Part shown: positions 32,754 to 41,273 of the stretch, one piece after another
Position numbering within the stretch: position 1 is the first letter of the stretch
Layout of the letters: each line of letters begins with the position of its first letter
Assembly (NCBI GenBank): GCA_001600695.1
Contig: BCKQ01000002.1
Location: 1-41,273, forward strand
DNA length: 41,273 bases
Direction of reading: 5' to 3'
DNA from: Ascoidea asiatica JCM 7603
Lineage: Eukaryota > Fungi > Ascomycota
Program-made: the position numbers and the translations under genes
The notes under the pieces: generated by a model
Database searches by the model: none
What the model was told of the DNA's origin: nothing
The model's input: the letters and a program-made list of their open reading frames with translations, nothing else

Positions 32754-34370
32754 TTTTTGAAAACTGAATTTTACTATGAAATTAGGTACTCAATAATATT
32801 ATATTTAATTATCGTTATGGGAAGAAATTAAAGAAAGGAAGAAAAAACAAATTGATTAAAGTATTTGAAATTTTTTCTATTTTTTTATAAAGAAATATAA
32901 AAAATTTAGTAGGAGAAAATTATTTTGAATAGTATTGTTAAAAAAGAATGACTGATAGTTAATTTGTATGTTTTATAAAATAATTTATAAAAGTATTATA
33001 CAATATATTTACCGGAAAACAATATTAATCAACTAGAATTTAATAGAGATTTAGATATATATATAATCCATAAAAAAAGATGGGAAATAGAAGAATTTAA
33101 ATATTTATATAAATTTCAAAAAAAGGGCTGGAATGAAATTCCAGGTCGAAAAAAGTTTACGTTTCAAAATGCAAAAGTAAATTGATAGTACGCTAACAAT
33201 AATATTCGGTGTGTAAGAAGTACGTATGTTTGAATAAATGAATGGAATTTAGATTGAAAATACTCGCACTATCAAGTACAGATAGTATAATTTGTAACAA
33301 CAAAAGAATAATAAATTTGTACGGATATCATTAGAATACATAGGAGGTCAGTTAAAGATTAAGGAAAAAGCAAATGGGTTTAAATTAACATTTTGAATAC
33401 TTTTTTTCCTAGTGATACCTTGAAAATAATAATTCATTTCATTATTTCACTAAGTAAAAAATAATACGTACACTACAAGTTGAGAAAAAGGCTTCTGATT
33501 TTTCCAAAGCCCAAATAAAAAGCAACTTATAAAGAGACTTTTCACGGATTTCTTTTAATTTTTTAATTAATATTCCCCATGTGGGAAATATAAAAGCTGT
33601 TTTTTTATAAGCTTAAATGATTCAATTAAAAACCTTCATAATTCTATTTTCTATGCGGTCATACCAATACCAATACATTATCTACACGTAGTATTTTGTA
33701 AAGAATAAGAAAAGAGATTTAGCTCAAATTGCAAGGAGATCGATTCCTTTTGTTCACTTGATAAAACTTTGGATGATAAGCTTACAATTTCGTATTGGCA
33801 AACAGCTTCACGTTCTCTTTCACGCCAGTGATAAAGTTAACGGTACCTTTATTTTAATTGTCTCTTCTGGGCATTAATCGTTTGAATCAGGAATCTTAAC
33901 TCAACATGTTCCACATTTAGTAAAAACGGTTATATGCAGGAACGCAAAACAACACCTCAGAGCACATAATTTACAAAAACAAATATGTACACAACGGCAT
34001 AAGGCTAATTTTCAATAAGAACGCCACATTAAGAATCCTGGCTAGACTTTGAGTGTGGCGGGTAACAGATTTTCTAAGCCTAGATTCAGAGGCTTAAAGT
34101 TTCGGAAGAAAGCATTGGAGGAGGTTCCGTGCCTGGCAATTGACAAAACTTTTCCCAAGCCAAGTTCACCCATAAAAATTTATAAATCATTTGTCGGCTT
34201 CACGCTTGCGGCTTTTGAGCCCCGGGCTGTTGTTAATGCGGCAGAGATCTGCATTTATAACCGGCATCTTATGGGGAGCAAGCCATAAACACATTTCATA
34301 ACCCGGCTTTTGCAATGGAATTATAAATCAGGCTTTTCTCTTGAGTTTTTAAATGCCGGGAAAATAAACT

Positions 34371-34415
34371 TAGTCACGTTTATAGTCACGTTTACAGTTA
34401 CAATTTTAGTCACGC
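34371..34415. repeat. Short tandem repeats of (TAGTCACGTTTA)-like 12-mers in the SCW4/MNN1-D divergent promoter
   Basis: tagtcacgttta tagtcacgttta cagttacaattt tagtcacgc. Confidence 0.7.
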
Positions 34416-34930
34416 TATTTGTATGTAACTTTCTGTCACTTGTTGGTGTCATGTCGCGTCTCGTGTATGCTTCTGGCTTTGGAAAGAGTTCAATTCTTGT
34501 CCTAAATCTTAGTGAGCTAACTGTTAACTGTCAACATAATAATACGTAATCCAATACTGTAGCTTTACTGTTTGTATGTTAACTATTAATTTTGATATTT
34601 CTAACCTACTGTAACTTTAGTTAGAATGAAGAGAATCTGTTTTTACGTAAGTTCCTTAATCACATTAGAAAAATAAGTAAAAAAAGACAAAATGAGATGA
34701 TTTGATTATTTTGATAACTTTTATAACTTAACTAATAATATTAAGATAATTAGTTTTTATTTTCTTTTATTATTATCATCATAATACTGTTTTTGATAAT
34801 ATCTTACAAAATTTTATAAATTTATCGAATTAATTTACTTTTCAAAGTATGAATTTTTCATTCATAAGCTGATACAATTTATCTTTCCCATGATATTTTA
34901 TTTCACCACTTTTTTAAAATTTAGCTAACT

Positions 34931-37189
34931 ATGCATTATAATTTATGTTATCCAAATATTGTTTCAAGAAGAATAAAAAAAGTAAATATTTTTTTTTTAA
35001 TTTTCATTTTTATAATTATCAATTTTCATATTTTCTATAATGAATACAAAGTCTCTGAATATTATAATAAATATGATAATTTCATTTCTAATCTAAAAAT
35101 TCCAATAAATGAAAATCATATTAACTCTATTGATGATTTGAACTCTAATTTTAAAAATAATCAGAACATTCAAAGTAATCAGAACATAGTTTTCTCCTCT
35201 CAAAATTATACCAAAATTTATGATTATTTATTCAACTCTAAAAAAATCAATTTATCAAAATTTAAAAACTTATCTTTAGATGAAAAATGTAATATTTATT
35301 TTGATGAATTATATCAATATAATCCAAATTGGAGATTACCCAATTTCAAATCCTTTGAATATGATAGAGAAATCATTGAGAAAGATAAATTTATCAAAAA
35401 TCAAATGGATGACTTAATAAATGAAATCAGCCAAAATCCTGATAATCAGGATTTAAAAAATATTGATCAAGACTTAAGAAAAAAAAAATTAAGTGAATAT
35501 GCTGATGAACAATTACCTTTAAATTTATTGGCAGAAGAAAAAATAATCGATTCAATTAATCATATCAGAGTTTTTGGTAAATGCTTTTTAGATTATAAGA
35601 ATCAATCTCATAAAAAAAAATTCAAAAAAATTTATTCAAAATTTAATAATAATAAAAGCTTCAAAGCTATCAATTCAATCTCAGAAATTGATTCATGTTT
35701 GAATACTGAACAAAGATTATTTCCTTGGCTTTCAGGAAAATTACCAACAATCAAAGATTGGAATGGTAACTATTTATCTTTTCCTTTGATAATCCCTTCA
35801 TTTTCGAAATCAATTAACCCAATTTCAGCTGAACAATCTTATTCAAATGATGTTCAAAAAAAAATAGTTAAAAGATCCAATAGAAAAAATTGTTTTCTGA
35901 GAGACTTACAAGATTCTTTTTTCGGAAAAGGTATAGTAATTTCGACTTCTGATGATTTTTCAAATGACTTAAAAGGTCTTATAAAAGTTTTAAGAACTTT
36001 GGGAAATACTTTACCTATTCAAATTGTGCATAAAGGCGATTTAAGTGATTCAAACATAAAAAATTTAATTTACTTAGCAAGAGATGACTTAAATTCATTA
36101 AAACCAAAAAACGGCCAGCCAATTTATTATCAAAATAATTTTAACCATTACCATAATCATCAATTAGCTTTAGATTTTCCAAAACAGGATATATATTTTG
36201 TTAACGTTAAAAATTGTATTTCTAACGAATTTAATGAATTTTTTGAAGGTTTTGCTAACAAATTATTAGCTGTTTTATTCAATTCTTTTGAGGAAATGTT
36301 ACTAATGGATACTGATACAGTTCCATTTGTTGATCCTGCAGAATTTTTTCATTTAAATGGTTATATTGATAAAGGAGCATATTTTTTCAAGGATAGAGAA
36401 TATGAGTTAAAGTTTGAGTATCAATCTGACATTGATTTTTTCAAAAAACTAATGCCAAATAATTTAGATAATTATCTTTTTGATATACCTTTAGTAACTT
36501 CATATACCTTAGATAATAGATTTATGTCTGGATTCAGACATTTGATGGAAAGTGGTGTAGTTGTTCTAAACAAAAAGAAGCATTTTACAAGTATTTTAAA
36601 TAGCTGCTATATTCAAGCAATAAAGCCTATCATGGATAGATTATGGGGTGAGAAAGAATTGTTTTGGTTAAGTTCTTCAATTTTAGGTAATGAAAATTAC
36701 ATATTTAATACAATTGGCGCTGTTTCAATTGGAACATTATCTTTACCAGAGGAAAGACCTGGGTCTGCATCAAGACAAGTATGTTCAACTCATCCTGGTC
36801 ATGTCAGTGGAGAGGATTTAAGAACTTTACTATGGATTAATTCTGGTTTTAAAACCTGCAAAAAATTAGAAACAGAGAAGGATGATATCAATAAAGAACT
36901 TTATAAAGACAAATATTCTTCGGTTGAAGAGTTAAAATCATTATATGAGTCTCCATTAAAAATAACAGGAGCTATAATTCCACCTGATGCATCAAATGAA
37001 TTTTTAAATGATCAAGGTGAACCGTCAAGAGGCTGGAGAATGTTTGATTATTGTAATGGGTATTTGTGGTGTGCTTTCAATGTTGCTGGGGGTAGAGTAG
37101 ATGACCCCAAAGCAAATGGGAAAGTAATCGAATATGACTTACAAGAACAAACCTTTTTTGACTTTTTAGGAAACATTTGGATTGGATGA
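34931..37189 (+). CDS. MNN1: MNN1-family alpha-1,3-mannosyltransferase (GT71), paralogue D
   Basis: TM helix plus HIRVFGKC, GKGIVIS, MDTDT, FFKDR, WGEKELFW, CSTHPGH, LLWINSG and YLWCAF. Confidence 0.9.
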   Translation: MHYNLCYPNIVSRRIKKVNIFFLIFIFIIINFHIFYNEYKVSEYYNKYDNFISNLKIPINENHINSIDDLNSNFKNNQNIQSNQNIVFSSQNYTKIYDYLFNSKKINLSKFKNLSLDEKCNIYFDELYQYNPNWRLPNFKSFEYDREIIEKDKFIKNQMDDLINEISQNPDNQDLKNIDQDLRKKKLSEYADEQLPLNLLAEEKIIDSINHIRVFGKCFLDYKNQSHKKKFKKIYSKFNNNKSFKAINSISEIDSCLNTEQRLFPWLSGKLPTIKDWNGNYLSFPLIIPSFSKSINPISAEQSYSNDVQKKIVKRSNRKNCFLRDLQDSFFGKGIVISTSDDFSNDLKGLIKVLRTLGNTLPIQIVHKGDLSDSNIKNLIYLARDDLNSLKPKNGQPIYYQNNFNHYHNHQLALDFPKQDIYFVNVKNCISNEFNEFFEGFANKLLAVLFNSFEEMLLMDTDTVPFVDPAEFFHLNGYIDKGAYFFKDREYELKFEYQSDIDFFKKLMPNNLDNYLFDIPLVTSYTLDNRFMSGFRHLMESGVVVLNKKKHFTSILNSCYIQAIKPIMDRLWGEKELFWLSSSILGNENYIFNTIGAVSIGTLSLPEERPGSASRQVCSTHPGHVSGEDLRTLLWINSGFKTCKKLETEKDDINKELYKDKYSSVEELKSLYESPLKITGAIIPPDASNEFLNDQGEPSRGWRMFDYCNGYLWCAFNVAGGRVDDPKANGKVIEYDLQEQTFFDFLGNIWIG

Positions 37190-37318
37190 ATTAAACGTAT
37201 GATTAATAAAACATATTCTTTCTGGTAGTATTCGATGAAAATTGACGTAACTTTTCAAAAGAGTCTTTTACCATCTTTATTATATATAACATATCATGTA
37301 ATTATATATATATATATA

Positions 37319-37328
37319 TATATACAAG
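37319..37328 (-). promoter_or_regulatory. Puf3 binding element in the MRPL24 3' UTR
   Basis: CTTGTATATA on the minus strand (C at -2, UGUAUAUA) about 45 nt after the stop, typical of mitoribosomal mRNAs. Confidence 0.6.
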
Positions 37329-37370
37329 GAGATTTGAGAAATTTAACAGTGAATTTAATAGAAAATAAAT

Positions 37371-38156
37371 TCAAATGGTAATTTTCGAGAAATTATATTT
37401 ATATTTTTGTAATCTTTGTACCAAATCGGTAACTTCAGAATCTCTATAAGTTCTGATAAAATCAGTTAATTTGATTTTTGTTGTTTTATCTTTTTTTGTT
37501 TGATCAAAAAGTTCAAGTAAAAGTTTTCTTTTTCCAATAGTAATTTTTTTTTCCTGACCTTTTATATTTACTTTGAAATATACAGGATTTTTTGAGCCAT
37601 CCTTTTTATTTTCAACAACTTCAATACAGTTATTTGGAAGAGCAACATGTTGCTTTTTCAATAAAACCTTGTATCTTAATTTCCAACCTGTGGGACCTAA
37701 TTCTTTGATTCTAGCAGATTTATCCTTTATTAGATAATTATCTAGCCCACCTTCTTTTGCAATAGTTCTTAAAACACTCGATGTAACTTTAATAGACACA
37801 ACTTTATTCAAAACATCACTCCATAATTTTTTTCTATGAACATTTGGTAGCCATACTCTTTTAGTTTTTTTTTTAGATTCAGAAATTGAATTACCAGTTT
37901 TTATGAATTTTCCTCCATATAAACCTTTATTACTCTGCTTAAATATATTTGATTCACCATATTTATATTCAGGAAATCTTGGGGGACTTTTTGGAACAAA
38001 AGCACTTAATCTTTCTTGACCTACCTGAATAATTGGTTTTTTAGCTTGTTTTCTTGTTTCAATTAATTTCCAGGCTTTATTCAAATTAATAGAAGTTGAG
38101 AAAAAATGTTTGAAAAACAAAGTTGAGTGAGCAAAGTTTTTTGTAAGAAACACCAT
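37371..38156 (-). CDS. MRPL24: Mitochondrial ribosomal protein bL28m
   Basis: Presequence plus [38 protein letters not shown] and [15 protein letters not shown]. Confidence 0.93.
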   Translation of the reverse strand: MVFLTKNFAHSTLFFKHFFSTSINLNKAWKLIETRKQAKKPIIQVGQERLSAFVPKSPPRFPEYKYGESNIFKQSNKGLYGGKFIKTGNSISESKKKTKRVWLPNVHRKKLWSDVLNKVVSIKVTSSVLRTIAKEGGLDNYLIKDKSARIKELGPTGWKLRYKVLLKKQHVALPNNCIEVVENKKDGSKNPVYFKVNIKGQEKKITIGKRKLLLELFDQTKKDKTTKIKLTDFIRTYRDSEVTDLVQRLQKYKYNFSKITI

Positions 38157-38705
38157 TTTAAACTAAATCAGTTTATTTTTAATATATATTTCAGTAAGAG
38201 TGAACTGATTTCTTGAATATAAGTTTTAAATCTAATAAATATTATTTTATTATAATTGAAATTTATTAAATATTCATTTCTTACTGTCAATAGCGGTTCA
38301 AAATTAATTTTCGAACTAACTAAAGAAGCAAAGTTACCCTGTGTATAAAAGGCATTGAAAAAGGTAAACACCTGACCAGATCTGCCTGAGTAAAGACAAC
38401 GCAGGAAATTAGCAGTCAAAATCCCGTTTCCAGCTGTCAAAATTGAAAAATGGAAACAAACCTAGCACAAGAAGCACAAGAAGCAAAAAATCCCAAATCA
38501 GCTTGAAAAGAGAAAATCAACTTTCAGCAGATACCTGGATAGAAATGCTGCTGATCACTCAGAAAGAGTTTCTTATGAACCATTGCAACTCTTCGCACCT
38601 GCTGCTTAATGGCCATGATTTATACAATTGAGACAATGAATCTGAAACTTGAGCCAACAGAATTAGTAGAAATGTTTAAGGCTTTGAGACTCCATTTTTT
38701 CTGAT

Positions 38706-38714
38706 GACACAAAA
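38706..38714 (+). promoter_or_regulatory. Ndt80/MSE-like site GACACAAAA
   Basis: Matches gNCRCAAAW about 210 bp upstream of the ATG at 38923. Confidence 0.3.
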
Positions 38715-38922
38715 GATAGGACGGGAAGCACAAACTATATCAGTGGAATTACTGGTACATGGTGTTTTTTCCTTTTTACAGATATTCTGATTGCTATTTC
38801 AACTCATTGTTAATAGTAGTATTAAAATTTAAAAGAATATTCAAGCTTACTTGCTGAATATATTCAATAGATTCTGAAATATTCAAAGGTTCAACAATGA
38901 AAATTATAAATATCTGCTATAT

Positions 38923-41173
38923 ATGGATTCAACTAGTTTTAATATAAAATTGCATACTTATCCTTCAGCTGATTCAAAGGATTTTACTAATATACCAATG
39001 CCTCTACCAATTTCTAGCTCAAATTATATCGATCATAAATCAGACAAATATTTAAATTCAAATTCTCAACTCAATACTTTTATTGAATCAAATTCAATAA
39101 ACTTAAATTCTTCGAAAAATCTACTTTCCAAAAAATTATTACCATTAAAACTCGTTTCAACACAAAAATCACTCAAGAATAATAAATCTTTAAAGAATTT
39201 ACCAGCTAAAAACTCTTTAAATTCTCCCCTTATTAGTAACTTTTATATAAATTTCAAAAGCCCTTTTAATATCAGTTGTTCAATCAATGAAGAAGAAAGT
39301 TTTACAGATTGTAACAATAAAAATGGTAGTAATGATAATAATGTAAACAACAGCATCAATGGTAATAGTGATACTTTAAATTCTGGAAATAATAATGGTG
39401 ATATTGACTACCACAATAACTTTTCATCAGAAAAAGATATAATTATACCTATTTTGAATTCCGCAGTTGATGATACTCCAGACAAAATTGTTTCAGCTAA
39501 TAATTCAATGGAATCTATAATATGTGATACTTTAACTCCATGCAAAATTAATATTATCAATACTTCTAACTCGAATAATAGCTCCATTTTTGAATCTTTC
39601 ATCAATGGTAAAAATGATTTGTCTGCAACTAATTTGGCGTTACTCCCAAAAAATTTCAATGAAATTGATTTTCCGATTAAATTTGATTCTTTTAATCCGG
39701 TAAAAGAAGTTTCTCCAAATGTAGAGATTAAAGGTATTTATGCACTATTCATTTATTTTTTTTCTAAATATTAAAAATATACTAATAAAATTAATTTCAA
39801 TATTTTAAAGCTTTAGAGGATAAAATTTTTGAACCAAACCATAGGCCATCATCTTCTGCTTTACCCTTTTTTTGTTTGGATTCAGATACAGAATACCTGA
39901 TTAATTCATGCAATTTCCCTAACCCAGGTACCAAAGCTTTATATGATGAAAAAATAAACGAAGAGAAATCTAAAGAACAATTTATTCCAGAAAAGTTATC
40001 AAGCGATAATTGGAAAACCTTTTTGGCATCGAAGCTTGATTTAAATGATAATTATGAATACTGTGCAAAAATCAAAGTTCCTGAATCTTGCGCCTTAGTT
40101 AAAAGATCAAATACTATAACAGAGGTTTTGCAGCTTTCAGAAGAGAAAGAAAAAGAGAAACAAAACCATAATCAATCTGAAACTTTCACCCAACATCAAA
40201 ATTCCGGAAGTCCAATTAAATTGAGAAATAAACCGAAACATTCAATCAAAAAAAAAAAAAAAAAAAAAAAAAGAAAGGAAAAGAGCTTGAAAACGAGTAG
40301 GAGGAAGAGAAATGGAGATGCTAACAGGCAAGAAGATACATTTACTAGGAATTTAGCTATAGAGAACAATGAATCCAAATATGTCATTGAGGATAAGAAG
40401 AAAAGCAAAGCAAAAAATCTGGTTCATGATTGTGAAAAAAGAAAGCATAAGCAAAAAGGAAAAAATAATTGCGAGAAAAAACTGGATATTAAAAATAATA
40501 TTAATAATGATATCAAAAATGGTACCAAATATGATTTAAAAAAGGCAAATTTAAGTAAACATGAAAGCGAGATTAACTCTTTAGGTAAATCCTTTTATAA
40601 TGAAGATAATGAAGATAATGTAAATAAGAAAAAAGAAGCAAGGAGCTCTGATTGCGCATTTTCCTCTTATGAAAAAATCATTGTAGATTATGATCTTCCA
40701 GCTGTGGATAACTCTAAAATGTTTACTGATTCTATAAGTGGAAGTGAAAAGTTTTTATCGAATGCCAGAGATAAAAACAATTTGAAGTTTGAAGAAAAGA
40801 CTAATAAAATTAGTTCATTTTTGGGTATGGAATTAGAAAAATTCTTTAGTAAAAAAGATGTTGCTGATGAAACTTCCTCAATATCAAGTGGAAGGTTTTG
40901 TGAGTCGATAAGAAATGGATGGAATTCTTTAATGTCTAGTGCAAATAAGACTAATATTAATATTTCTAAAATTAATAATACTAATGAAGATAATAAGGAA
41001 AAGGAAACGAAAAAGTCACCTTCAAGATTTTTTACCATAAGAGATACACCATTTACTGGAATTATGCATAGATTTTCACCCAATGCTTCTTGTTCCAAAA
41101 CTTTTGCTGTTGATAACAATTTATTTGGAGAAAAGAATCCCTTTTACGATTATAGTACAGAAAATACTACTAC

Positions 41174-41272
<99 letters not shown>

Positions 41273-41273
41273 T
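38923..41273 (+). CDS. Large low-complexity hypothetical protein, 3'-partial; exon 1 38923-39733, exon 2 from 39811 (or 39817) open to the window end
   Basis: Intron 39734-39810 has donor GTATTT, branch TACTAAT at 39780-39786 and acceptor AAG (or TAG at 39816). Splicing joins a stop-free frame of about 1.46 kb that the ORF track did not list. Confidence 0.75.
41175..41267 (+). repeat. (AAT)31 microsatellite encoding poly-Asn
   Basis: Perfect AAT run in frame with exon 2 of the terminal gene. Confidence 0.95.

Overview
Very AT-rich, intron-containing nuclear DNA from a budding yeast (Saccharomycotina). AT richness, intron density and CTG avoidance suggest the Ascoidea/Saccharomycopsis group, which is an inference. 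The window starts in a 17-bp minisatellite and ends in an (AAT)31 microsatellite, so it may be an entire contig. It holds about 16 protein-coding genes. Four are dispersed, co-oriented MNN1-family (GT71) alpha-1,3-mannosyltransferases. ENV7-RVB2-VMA11-NSL1 form a block in the same order as S. cerevisiae YPL236C-YPL233W. The others are a DCAF7/YPL247C-like WD40 gene, a three-exon UBE2W-like E2, a small mitochondrial membrane protein, RPL20, an SCW4/MP65 GH17 glucanase, MRPL24 and three low-complexity orphans. I corrected several ORF-track models by hand for introns. I found no tRNA, rRNA, transposon or CRISPR. The best leads are: (i) MNN1 paralogues with Kex2-like KR sites in a variable stem insert and co-loss of a flanking Cys pair in one copy; (ii) a multi-stem RNA structure in the RPL20 intron; (iii) an MCB/SCB cluster with no gene in a 4-kb gap; (iv) an in-frame A25 run and a weak-donor intron in the terminal orphan gene; (v) start codons split by introns. 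All of these are hypotheses, and I cannot demonstrate a new system from sequence alone.
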